From positions 1 through 31,981 of IMG/VR virus record IMGVR_UViG_3300017650_000022: DNA of 31,981 nucleotides; one strand, 5' to 3'. The translations under genes and the position numbers were made by a program. This stretch comes from a virus. Its lineage: Duplodnaviria; Caudoviricetes. Of the stretch, positions 8,098-16,310 are shown piece after piece. Numbering within the stretch: position 1 is the stretch's first letter; each line of letters starts with the position of its first letter. Below the pieces are notes generated by a model. That model worked only from the letters and a program-made list of their open reading frames with translations, did not search any database and had not been told where the DNA came from.

Positions 8098-9099
8098 CTA
8101 CTTTACTATAGAAAGCACGGTTTTTTGGTTGTCCTTAACCCATAAAGGCTGGCTTTTCCAGCCCTGCATTCTTGCGTAGTTGTTGGTTATGTAGGAATTG
8201 AATTGGGACGGTGTAGATTTGACAAGACCGGATTTAATCCGAATGCGTTCTACTGCTTCGTCCGAATCCAGTCCGGCACGGACTAGAGCAATGTACTCGT
8301 CCATCTGTTCACGGTTCATTAGTACGGGTGTTTTGAAGCATAAGCACGATGGATGCCATCCACTCCATTTAAAGTCTACAGGGTACGTGCCCTCCAGTGA
8401 CCTGCACACCTCGCACCTTATTTTAGGTTTACCTGACTTGGATAGTTGAATTTTATAGCCTAAAACAATAGGATTCTGCGCCCAAGCTTCGTCATCAGCA
8501 TTGCGATAAGCCATGTTAGTCTCGGTTCGGGTAAGGCGTTGCGCATTTTTGATAGGTGATCTGTAGATGCCTTTTCCGGGAGATGGAACGGTTACTTCGG
8601 TTGTTAGGCTTTCTCTGACTTTTCGAGCAATTGAAGCCGCCGATTCTCCTGAGCCAATACCCTCACTTAGTCGGTCGTTGATAATTTGTTGCGCCCTTTT
8701 GGTGTGCCTCCAAACTCTCTCGCTCAGGTTTAGCCCGGCAACCTTTCGTTTTTGGAAAGCTTCTAATGCGTCGATATTAGGGTCGTAGAAAATAGCTTGT
8801 AACTTTGGCGGAAGCTCCGTGCCGGCAAGTCTTTTATCCAAAAAAGCAAATGTCTTTTCCTCACTGATCTGCCACGCCCTTTGAATGCCTGATTGAATGG
8901 TTAAGGTTTGCTCTTGCGCCAACTTCTTAAGCATCTCGTTCAAACGCTGATTGAATAGGGGTAACGGCATATCCATTTTATACAATAACGCTACTTGAAT
9001 GTAAATGTCTGCCCACAATACCTCTATTGCCTTAGAGGTGGCTTCCTGGTTACGTAAGTGCTGCGTTTCGTATTTATTTATGATGTCCTGTGGAAGCAT
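8098..9099 (-). CDS. Minor head protein (MuF / SPP1 gp7-like)
   Basis: NLSERVW, NAQRLTRTETNMAY, CEVC and WHPSCLC motifs. Confidence 0.85.
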   Translation of the reverse strand: MLPQDIINKYETQHLRNQEATSKAIEVLWADIYIQVALLYKMDMPLPLFNQRLNEMLKKLAQEQTLTIQSGIQRAWQISEEKTFAFLDKRLAGTELPPKLQAIFYDPNIDALEAFQKRKVAGLNLSERVWRHTKRAQQIINDRLSEGIGSGESAASIARKVRESLTTEVTVPSPGKGIYRSPIKNAQRLTRTETNMAYRNADDEAWAQNPIVLGYKIQLSKSGKPKIRCEVCRSLEGTYPVDFKWSGWHPSCLCFKTPVLMNREQMDEYIALVRAGLDSDEAVERIRIKSGLVKSTPSQFNSYITNNYARMQGWKSQPLWVKDNQKTVLSIVK

Positions 9100-9103
9100 A
9101 ATG

Positions 9104-9136
9104 CAAATATATCAAAATGATATAATATTATGCAAG
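9104..9136 (-). promoter_or_regulatory. Promoter (-7 TATATTTG at 9104-9111) overlapped by an operator at 9108-9124
   Basis: TATATCaaaatGATATA overlapping a Bacteroidota -7 box that lies 4 nt from the MuF ATG. Confidence 0.7.
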
Positions 9137-9217
9137 TTGCGAATGTGGTCTATAACCGATAAGGGAAGTTGTTGGTTAACTAGTTGAATAACTAAGTGTA
9201 TTAAGGTTTTTCAGGAA

Positions 9218-9361
9218 TTACACCATTCTAGAAAGACGCTTGCATAAATTCCAGTAAGATTTGAATACTCTTGTCCGGCAAATCTCTCTTTCGAATTTAA
9301 AGACTGCTAAGCGGAATTCCTTACGCTTCATATAGAAGGTGTTTTTGATGTCGAATTCCAT
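9218..9361 (-). CDS. Small basic hypothetical protein, 47 aa (MEFDIKNTFYMKRKEF...)
   Basis: Read manually; it starts within the repeated TTTGGGTATGGAATT element. Confidence 0.5.
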   Translation of the reverse strand: MEFDIKNTFYMKRKEFRLAVFKFEREICRTRVFKSYWNLCKRLSRMV

Positions 9362-9564
9362 ACCCAAATTTACTTAATTGCCAACCTCGATAATAAACCT
9401 ATATGCTTCTACAGGAACAATGTATTTACCTATTTCCTCGTGACCATAAACAGGCTCTCTTGATATTTTAACCCTTTTATCTCCTCTGTTTTCTTCTAAA
9501 ACAAGCTCTTTCAGATTGTCGAAGAAATCAATTATTTGTTCATCTGTAAATTCCATACCCAAAT
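9354..9564. repeat. 16-bp direct repeat AATTCCATACCCAAAT (9354-9369 and 9549-9564)
   Basis: Identical copies, each forming the start of a gene (MEF...). Confidence 0.8.
9374..9556 (-). CDS. Hypothetical protein (start revised to ATG 9556)
   Basis: 60 aa ORF beginning MEFTDEQ. Confidence 0.6.
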   Translation of the reverse strand: MEFTDEQIIDFFDNLKELVLEENRGDKRVKISREPVYGHEEIGKYIVPVEAYRFIIEVGN

Positions 9565-9567
9565 ATA

Positions 9568-9891
9568 CTAAATTTTAACTTCCATTTCTCTACCTGTTAT
9601 AGCAAACACTAAGTTTTGATACTCGTGTACAAATTCTACTGTAGTAAGATAATTGCCGCCTATCCATACGTTATACCTTCTGTGTCTCGTCTTTTCAAGA
9701 CGCCAACCGCTGTCTTTTGCTGGTAAGCAATCATCACTCAACTCAACAGGATCCAACACTTCATAAGCGACAAAGGAATACTTGTCTTGCCCTTCATACT
9801 GGTACCGTACACGAGCAGATTGCTCCTGTATCCTGGTTACAACTCCCTGTTTTAGAATGTTGCCGATGCGGAGTTCGTTTGGGGTTATCAT
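9568..9891 (-). CDS. Hypothetical phage protein (ELRIGN...VHEYQNL type)
   Basis: Motif pattern common among small Bacteroidota phage proteins; function unknown. Confidence 0.7.
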   Translation of the reverse strand: MITPNELRIGNILKQGVVTRIQEQSARVRYQYEGQDKYSFVAYEVLDPVELSDDCLPAKDSGWRLEKTRHRRYNVWIGGNYLTTVEFVHEYQNLVFAITGREMEVKI

Positions 9892-9895
9892 GATG

Positions 9896-10090
9896 TTATT
9901 TTATACTGTTGTTTAAAGCCGATTCGCAAAGGCTCATTCCGTGTTGAAGCGCCCTTGAATAAGCCCAATTTTCAGGGTAATTTACAGTAATTACGCATTC
10001 TTCAGTGTATTTAGTGATAACTATTACTCTAGAAATCATGTCTATTTCCATATTAATAGTGTCGTTCACAGTTATGTTTAGTTTTTTCAT
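9896..10090 (-). CDS. Hypothetical protein
   Basis: 64 aa with an ATGA overlap to the upstream gene. Confidence 0.6.
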   Translation of the reverse strand: MKKLNITVNDTINMEIDMISRVIVITKYTEECVITVNYPENWAYSRALQHGMSLCESALNNSIK

Positions 10091-10380
10091 TCCCCTATGT
10101 TTTTTGCATTTAAAATTGATTGTCTATTTATTGATATGGTTTCTATTTCACCACCATGGTGCCTCTGGATGTGCTTCACTACTTCAACCTTTCCGCTAAA
10201 ATAGCTTTCAATCTTAGCTGATTTTTCGCATTCCTGCATTTGGAGGTTGCACATTGCAATGGCGTAACGTCTAGCAACTTCGTCGACAGCTGGGTTAATA
10301 GGATGATTACCCCACTCAATAGCACCAGTTTCAGAAGCTACTTCGTCCTTGATCTTCTTTAAAATTTCTTCTTTATTCAT
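10087..10380 (-). CDS. Hypothetical protein
   Basis: 97 aa, coupled to neighbours by ATGA overlaps. Confidence 0.7.
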   Translation of the reverse strand: MNKEEILKKIKDEVASETGAIEWGNHPINPAVDEVARRYAIAMCNLQMQECEKSAKIESYFSGKVEVVKHIQRHHGGEIETISINRQSILNAKNIGE

Positions 10381-10853
10381 TTCACTAAATATTTATACGC
10401 CTTGCAGCGTGAGTTGTGTAATTCTTCCGATGTTCTTTGAATTAGGTTAAATCCTTTTAGGGTTTCGAAATAAAATTTACCCGAAAATGGTTTGTCCTCC
10501 GTTACCCCGAAATAATTTGCAATCCTACGCATGTATTCAATACGCTTAACAGACTTTTCAGTTCGGGGGTTCTTTGGTAGTTTAGCCAATCTTTCATGCA
10601 AATGTCCCATATACCAGCTTCGAAAAGTTTCTAAATCCAATGAACCTTTGTAATGATTGATCAACTTTTGACACGGAACAATATTATCTATATTATCAGA
10701 ATCGGGAAACATACATGTACCATTCCACCAATTTCTGATTATTGGCTTTATGTGATCCGCTTGCCAGTCATCCTCTAGTGGAGTGCCGGAATAGGCGCAC
10801 ATTCCACCAAACTTTAGCCTGATCTGTTCGCGTTGGGGTTTGGTTAATTTCAT
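10377..10853 (-). CDS. HNH endonuclease-like protein (start revised to 10853)
   Basis: GGMCAYSG...ADHIKP...NIVPCQKLINHYKG. Confidence 0.8.
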   Translation of the reverse strand: MKLTKPQREQIRLKFGGMCAYSGTPLEDDWQADHIKPIIRNWWNGTCMFPDSDNIDNIVPCQKLINHYKGSLDLETFRSWYMGHLHERLAKLPKNPRTEKSVKRIEYMRRIANYFGVTEDKPFSGKFYFETLKGFNLIQRTSEELHNSRCKAYKYLVK

Positions 10854-11050
10854 CTGTCTATTTTCTTTAATAAGTAAACAATTCCTCCTATCACCCATAC
10901 TAAAGGCCAAGCAGAGCATCCGATGGCTAAGCCAACTCCAAGCAGGTCCCATCCTGTGTCTTCGTATTTCTCACTAAACGACAGATGGAATCCTAAGGCT
11001 ATATGAAACACTACTAAGAAAATATAGATAGTTATTGCTAGAATTTCCAT
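10850..11050 (-). CDS. Small membrane protein with 2 predicted TM helices (start revised to 11050)
   Basis: Two hydrophobic stretches and a basic C-terminus. Confidence 0.65.
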   Translation of the reverse strand: MEILAITIYIFLVVFHIALGFHLSFSEKYEDTGWDLLGVGLAIGCSAWPLVWVIGGIVYLLKKIDR

Positions 11051-11511
11051 TACACTTCCTCCTTCCCTACAAACACATAACACCTACTGAGGTCTATTAC
11101 CTTCGATGTCCATTCTTTAATAGTTTTCCCCTCATGTAAAACCATTCCTCCGACTGGTGTCTTCATATCTCCTTGCATTACATATCCTTCCGCTTCTATT
11201 GCAGAAATAAAGGATTCACGGGCGGATTGACGGTACCCACAATGATCGTAGCCTACATAATGATCTGAACCAAATAAATTAACTTTTCTGACCAACCCCT
11301 CAAATTGTTGTTCGGTTAGGTCAGATAGTTTGCCTAAAAATTGCAAATTCATTTTTGGTAGTTTTTGGACTACAGGAAAACTGCCCTTCATTTCGTCATA
11401 TATAAAGAAAGTAATGTTTCCACTTTCGGTTAGTTTCAATCCGTGTGATTTTTCCGGCAACTCCACAACCAAAACAGGGAGGGGGAGTGATTTTAAATGG
11501 ATTATTTTCAT
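11050..11511 (-). CDS. Hypothetical protein (start revised to 11511)
   Basis: Begins MKIIHLK; ATGA overlap with the upstream gene. Confidence 0.7.
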   Translation of the reverse strand: MKIIHLKSLPLPVLVVELPEKSHGLKLTESGNITFFIYDEMKGSFPVVQKLPKMNLQFLGKLSDLTEQQFEGLVRKVNLFGSDHYVGYDHCGYRQSARESFISAIEAEGYVMQGDMKTPVGGMVLHEGKTIKEWTSKVIDLSRCYVFVGKEEV

Positions 11512-11690
11512 GACTTTCTGTGTTTTTTGATATAAGACTTTAGGCACCTCTTGCAAGTTGCTTGTTCTGATATATGTTCATGTAAGGTGAAAATATCATG
11601 TGATTCATTTAGACCGCAATATGTAGTAAAAGTGTCGTCTATATCACCAACAGTAAAATCACCTCCGTGCTTTATGATGTGCTTTTTCAT
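11508..11690 (-). CDS. Small putative zinc-binding protein
   Basis: H...TYCG...TCKRC pattern. Confidence 0.6.
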   Translation of the reverse strand: MKKHIIKHGGDFTVGDIDDTFTTYCGLNESHDIFTLHEHISEQATCKRCLKSYIKKHRKS

Positions 11691-11698
11691 CTCTTAAA

Positions 11699-11986
11699 TT
11701 ATTTAGGATCAACATTGGTTTCATTCAATATCTCAACAAAACGACTGAATGAAATTTCTTCTTTCGTTAGCTGATTTAATAAGTCTCGTATTTCAGCGAC
11801 TATAAATCTACGCTTAGGCTGCAAGCCGTATTTTTCGAGGCTGTTAATGACTTCTTGAGCGCCTTCCGTAAACCTATCAACCGTTCTACTATAATCGATG
11901 TACTGAGGGTTGCCGAAAGTTCTTAACATTTCCTCATATCGTGCGTTTGCAGCCTCTTCAATAGCTTCTTTCTGTTCGTTTGTCAT
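11699..11986 (-). CDS. Hypothetical protein
   Basis: 95 aa ORF in a tightly packed run. Confidence 0.7.
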   Translation of the reverse strand: MTNEQKEAIEEAANARYEEMLRTFGNPQYIDYSRTVDRFTEGAQEVINSLEKYGLQPKRRFIVAEIRDLLNQLTKEEISFSRFVEILNETNVDPK

Positions 11987-11988
11987 GG

Positions 11989-12078
11989 TTAAAATATTAA
12001 TGATAAAAATCCTATCGCATACATTATCCCAGCAAATAACACAAAGAACTTAAGTTCGACCGGAGTTTTATTACTCAC
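11989..12078 (-). CDS. Small single-TM peptide, 29 aa (MSNKTPVELKFFVLFAGIMYAIGFLSLIF)
   Basis: Read manually; GTG start overlapping the upstream gene end, filling the gap. Confidence 0.45.
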   Translation of the reverse strand: MSNKTPVELKFFVLFAGIMYAIGFLSLIF

Positions 12079-12502
12079 CTTGACCCCCTTCCTTTAGCTT
12101 TACCCAACCGTATTCTACCTCGGTTCCATCACCTAAATAATAACCTTTTGAAATAAGATAACAAAAATCTTTATAAGTGAGATAACCTTCTTTCCTTCCA
12201 CCATAACCATTAAAAGTAGCTACCCAATGATGATTATAATCATTAGGGGTGAACTTAATATCCACATTCTTAAAACCTACAGGAAAATTAAATCCAATTG
12301 CTTTAGCATCTTCTTCACTGATCTGTGACAGTGGGGTTAGTTTCAAATACTGTACATATTCTATATTTTCACTTACAACATCCCATTCATGAGGTTCTTC
12401 ATTGGGGTATCTAATCACAGCTAAATTAGGCTTTCCAATAACATCATAATATTGGGCAACGAACCTTATTTTATTTACGGGTGTGTTTTCTATTTTATTC
12501 AT
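12071..12502 (-). CDS. Hypothetical protein
   Basis: 143 aa with an LKLTPLSQISEEDA motif common in Bacteroidota phage ORFs. Confidence 0.7.
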   Translation of the reverse strand: MNKIENTPVNKIRFVAQYYDVIGKPNLAVIRYPNEEPHEWDVVSENIEYVQYLKLTPLSQISEEDAKAIGFNFPVGFKNVDIKFTPNDYNHHWVATFNGYGGRKEGYLTYKDFCYLISKGYYLGDGTEVEYGWVKLKEGGQGE

Positions 12503-12837
12503 TACTTGTTTTCTCCTTTTAGGCGTATAAGCTCTTTCTCTAACTTTTCTATTCTTCTCAACTTTCTTAATTCAAGAGAGGTAATTACTTTAATCGGCTC
12601 ATATGAAAGCTCGTCCTTTGTAGGTAAAAGGCATATGAGCTGGCAATTAAAAATATTTGCAGCTTTAAATAGGTTAACGGTAGTTAAAATCTGAACACCA
12701 GATTCTATATTAGCTAATGAAACCCTAGATATACCCATCATTCTAGCTAAATCTTCTTGTGTTAATCCTGCCTTGTTCCGTTGTTCATAAAGCTTTCTAC
12801 CCAATATTATTTTAAGTTCCTCTTTCATGTTATTCAA
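12502..12837 (-). CDS. XRE-family HTH transcriptional regulator
   Basis: RNKAGLTQEDLARMMGISRVSLANIESG, followed by a C-terminal coiled coil. Confidence 0.9.
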   Translation of the reverse strand: MNNMKEELKIILGRKLYEQRNKAGLTQEDLARMMGISRVSLANIESGVQILTTVNLFKAANIFNCQLICLLPTKDELSYEPIKVITSLELRKLRRIEKLEKELIRLKGENK

Positions 12838-13195
12838 CTCCTTTCAGTGCTTCTTTGGCTTCTCTAACCATATTCTTAGATAGCCATTGTGGGTTCCCGG
12901 CTATAACTTCCAGAGCCTTTTTGTACCTTGCGTTTTCTGTGCTTATCTTATCCAACTTGAATTTAACCCCATCCAAAGCATCGTTATAATGCAATGTATG
13001 ATACCGTTCGTCTGATAGCTTTTTCTCTAGCTCAGTTATTCTATCGATATTCTCTTTGTTACAGTGATTTGAAAAGGCTTCCATTAAATCCATTAAAGAC
13101 ACAGCATCATCAGTAATGATACATCTTGCAAAATTTCTGCCGCCATAAATAGTTTCTATATATTCTGCAGCTGTGGGTAGTTTTTCTTTGATCAT
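12830..13195 (-). CDS. Hypothetical coiled-coil protein
   Basis: 121 aa ORF with overlaps on both sides. Confidence 0.7.
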   Translation of the reverse strand: MIKEKLPTAAEYIETIYGGRNFARCIITDDAVSLMDLMEAFSNHCNKENIDRITELEKKLSDERYHTLHYNDALDGVKFKLDKISTENARYKKALEVIAGNPQWLSKNMVREAKEALKGVE

Positions 13196-13473
13196 GATGT
13201 TATTTTCTTAAATGTAACTGGCCTGTCAAAATCGATATCGTCTAACTCAAACATTAAATTCTTGTCTTCTATTAAGTCCGGTCTATCGGTCGCGAACAAT
13301 CCAATAGTTGTATCAAAACGTTCATTCAAATGCGCGATTTCCCTGCAAAATCTATTGAACTGTTCGTTACTAATATTATCCGTAAGAAGTTTCATAAACC
13401 ACTGTTTTGAATAGGTTGTATCAGATAATTGACACTTTTGTATTGTTTCAATTGATATTCTTTCTTGGTTCAT
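13192..13473 (-). CDS. Hypothetical protein
   Basis: 93 aa ORF. Confidence 0.7.
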   Translation of the reverse strand: MNQERISIETIQKCQLSDTTYSKQWFMKLLTDNISNEQFNRFCREIAHLNERFDTTIGLFATDRPDLIEDKNLMFELDDIDFDRPVTFKKITS

Positions 13474-13475
13474 GA

Positions 13476-13685
13476 TTACCTATCTCCTGATTGTATTTTA
13501 TCCTCATAAAACCTATGAAGATCATAGTTTTCGTCCTTAAGTTCTTTTACCGATATTTCGTGAAGTCTTAAAATAGCATCGGCTAATAAATCAAAATCAC
13601 TATCCATAATTGATCTCATTTCATATGTCTCTCCAATTTGTACAGACGCATCTGAAAGTAATTGAATTATTTGTTTCTTGTCCAT
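13476..13685 (-). CDS. Hypothetical protein (start revised to 13685)
   Basis: Begins MDKKQ, 1 nt after the upstream stop. Confidence 0.65.
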   Translation of the reverse strand: MDKKQIIQLLSDASVQIGETYEMRSIMDSDFDLLADAILRLHEISVKELKDENYDLHRFYEDKIQSGDR

Positions 13686-13686
13686 T

Positions 13687-13845
13687 TCATAAAATTTTAG
13701 TAAGTAAAACACTAACCGAATCGTCAGCGGAATATCTTTGATTGTATAGCTTCTTAGCTAACTTTTGCTCTGTCAATGTGAGGGGACGGCCTATAATCGA
13801 TGTAAGAGCATTGTTGATCTCTTGTAAGAATAGTTTGTACTTCAT
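13687..13845 (-). CDS. Hypothetical protein, 52 aa (MKYKLFLQEINNALTSIIGRPL...)
   Basis: Read manually; fills the gap in the operon. Confidence 0.6.
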   Translation of the reverse strand: MKYKLFLQEINNALTSIIGRPLTLTEQKLAKKLYNQRYSADDSVSVLLTKIL

Positions 13846-13879
13846 CTCACTTTTATTTACCCACCATTACTGTGGGGGT

Positions 13880-14116
13880 TTAAAAATATATTGCGAGTCT
13901 CTTATAACCGTTTGGCTCAACTTTTATATCATTATACGTACTTGACAATCGTAATAGTTTTGTGTACTCTTCACTTTCAGATACTGGTTTATCAACTAAT
14001 ACATTGAAATATTTTAACCCATTATGATATTCAATTCCAGTAAAGCATTCACATAGGTTTAATTTCAATCCTGTCATTTTATCTATATATCTCAATGCTT
14101 CGTTTATACTTTCCAT
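13880..14116 (-). CDS. Hypothetical protein (probable start 14116)
   Basis: MESINEALRY...VEPNGYKRLAIYF. Confidence 0.65.
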   Translation of the reverse strand: MESINEALRYIDKMTGLKLNLCECFTGIEYHNGLKYFNVLVDKPVSESEEYTKLLRLSSTYNDIKVEPNGYKRLAIYF

Positions 14117-14216
14117 AATCCTTGAGTTTTTAAAAACCGCCCCGACACCTCTGTACAGGACGGCCATTCTGAGTTGTTCCACCCCTCGGTCCTAGAGGGA
14201 TATTTTTGGTTGAATA

Positions 14217-14654
14217 TTACTTTTTCCTTTCAACAAAAAACTGTTTCCCTAGCACTCCGCTTACAGTTAAATAACCTGTCTTTTCCGTATTACCTTTGAA
14301 TATGGTGTCAGTGCCCAGAGTTATGGCTATATGCGCATGCTCCAACTGCCAAGGGGCACCTCCTGCCATTATAGTGACATTCACGCTATCACCTATCTTG
14401 GCAGCAATCTCATACACTCCCTTGATCTCTCTCTGTCCTTCCAATAAATAAGGTGCTTTTGGTGCGTTCTGATCATGTATAACAGCATAATAATCGTTAC
14501 CGGTTACTTCATACTTCAATGTTTGAGGCTCTACGACTTCATATTTGTCTGAGCAGCTTACCAAGGAGCAAGCTCCGATAAATAAACCAACGGCAATCGC
14601 TAAAACAGTTCGACATGTCCAAGCTTTTATAGGACAATAATTCGCATTTTTCAT
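14217..14654 (-). CDS. Putative lipoprotein
   Basis: Hydrophobic signal ending in lipobox LVSC, followed by a beta-rich domain. Confidence 0.65.
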   Translation of the reverse strand: MKNANYCPIKAWTCRTVLAIAVGLFIGACSLVSCSDKYEVVEPQTLKYEVTGNDYYAVIHDQNAPKAPYLLEGQREIKGVYEIAAKIGDSVNVTIMAGGAPWQLEHAHIAITLGTDTIFKGNTEKTGYLTVSGVLGKQFFVERKK

Positions 14655-14716
14655 TTTGTATTCCGTACTTTACATCCCGGCGGATGGCTTTAAAATTCCT
14701 TTTATAGGATGTGAAT

Positions 14717-14808
14717 AAAAAAAGTGCAAAACAGGATTTGGTTGTGGCTCTTACCTCCTCCCGGTTTGCACTTAAATCTTCTCCGTTGTTAGTCGAGCCA
14801 CTGACTAA
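14717..14808 (-). ncRNA. Structured 5' leader 1: two hairpins with complementary loops, the second a terminator
   Basis: Stem TTAGTC/GACTAA with loop GTGGCTC; stem AAGTGCAAA/TTTGCACTT with loop GAGCCAC, followed by a U-tract. Confidence 0.6.
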
Positions 14809-14816
14809 TTATATCA

Positions 14817-14848
14817 CAAATATATCAATACGATATATTATTTGCAAA
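14817..14848 (-). promoter_or_regulatory. Promoter (TTTG-N20-TATATTTG) overlapped by an operator at 14821-14837
   Basis: Canonical Bacteroidota -33/-7 spacing; TATATCaatacGATATA. Confidence 0.75.
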
Positions 14849-14875
14849 TATTTTGTTATATTTATTTTTCTCTCT

Positions 14876-16270
14876 CTACATTGTTTCTGCGACCGGATCT
14901 AAATCGCTGTTTATTTCCTTTACAGCCTCATCGCTATCACGCTCCCACCCCAATAACTCTACTGAAGTTTTATGAGAAATTAGAGGTTTCCCGCCATTGG
15001 CCATCATTAGTGTACCTACCTGTTCCTGCTCGTCATTGATCTTGAAAGGTGGTATATCGAAGGTAATGTCTAGATTCTTACTGGCCGCAAGTGATTTGTT
15101 CCACAACAGAGCAACAGCTTTTACAAAGTTGATATCCCGTTGGGTTATCTCACCATACACACCGTCCACAAAATCTCTTGCTTCCATTTGTGGAGCCATG
15201 AAAACACGATCAAAAGCTACGCCCGTCAATGATCCCAGCCCCTGCATTTCCTTCATGGACATCTTAACGGTGTTGGTCATAGTAAAGATGATGTCGTCAA
15301 GGTTATCCATCTCAAGTTTGATGGCGTCTGGCGCCTGATCCCACGTGATGTACTCGATCTTCCCTCCTTGTTTCAATATAACCGCTTTACCGCGTTCGTC
15401 CTTTTGCATATCGCCGACCACATCACCCGAGAAAGCAAGTATAGGAGATCCGTTGTAGTCTATTGTATCACCATAATTGGAACCTTGTGTCTCTTTACGT
15501 TCAATAGCCCGCTGCACATCCTTCCAAGGCACTTCTTTTATGCTGTAGTACATAACCGGTATCTTACCATAATTATGGTCAAGTATTTCACTAAGTTCCC
15601 ACGAGGTGCCCTCCATCTTGTATCTATAAACATGGTTTTCATCGTACACATCTAGCCTCTTTATTTCCTTTTGAGAAGGAACCTCCAACGCATAATCCTC
15701 GGGATTAAATGAAGTGTCCTTGTCAGTGTAAGCTCGTCCGAAATAGATTAGATCCCCTGTATTATCGAATATCGGGTATAGTTCATCACCTAAAGACTCG
15801 GCAAGCAACTTGAACCTCAACCTATAGTCACCTTTTTCCCCTACGCTGTACCAAAGTCTTGCAACATGCATCTCGCTAAGCAGGATTCGGCACAAATCTT
15901 TCTCCTTGAACGAAACCTTTGCTCCATCCCTGAGCTTATTTACTGCATTTAGCAGTTCCTGATCGGTTTCCGTTACGACATCAGCAGAAAGTACCATCCT
16001 ACCAACATTGGCGAATGCTACGCGTTGTTTTACTATATACCGCTGATAAGGAGCCGGCACACGGTTTACTTTAGCAATCCCCGGAACTTCTTCTTCCTTA
16101 CCATTTATTACCTGCTTTTTTACTATTCTTTTATCTGGACGTTTTGCAGGATCCATAACGGCATGCTCATTCACACAATACTGCTTTTTAGCCTCCTCTT
16201 TGTCTTTTGGGGTAAATGTGTTTCCCAAGGTGGTAACCATTACCGCTAATCCTTTTATTGGTTCTTCCAT
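14876..16270 (-). CDS. Portal protein, SPP1 gp6-like (start revised to ~16270)
   Basis: Follows TerL; motifs YQRYIV, LYPIFD and HNYGKIPVMYY; ~464 aa. Confidence 0.88.
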   Translation of the reverse strand: MEEPIKGLAVMVTTLGNTFTPKDKEEAKKQYCVNEHAVMDPAKRPDKRIVKKQVINGKEEEVPGIAKVNRVPAPYQRYIVKQRVAFANVGRMVLSADVVTETDQELLNAVNKLRDGAKVSFKEKDLCRILLSEMHVARLWYSVGEKGDYRLRFKLLAESLGDELYPIFDNTGDLIYFGRAYTDKDTSFNPEDYALEVPSQKEIKRLDVYDENHVYRYKMEGTSWELSEILDHNYGKIPVMYYSIKEVPWKDVQRAIERKETQGSNYGDTIDYNGSPILAFSGDVVGDMQKDERGKAVILKQGGKIEYITWDQAPDAIKLEMDNLDDIIFTMTNTVKMSMKEMQGLGSLTGVAFDRVFMAPQMEARDFVDGVYGEITQRDINFVKAVALLWNKSLAASKNLDITFDIPPFKINDEQEQVGTLMMANGGKPLISHKTSVELLGWERDSDEAVKEINSDLDPVAETM

Positions 16271-16310
16271 AATCGTTGTATGTGGCGTTCGGTAATTATC
16301 CCATATAGGT

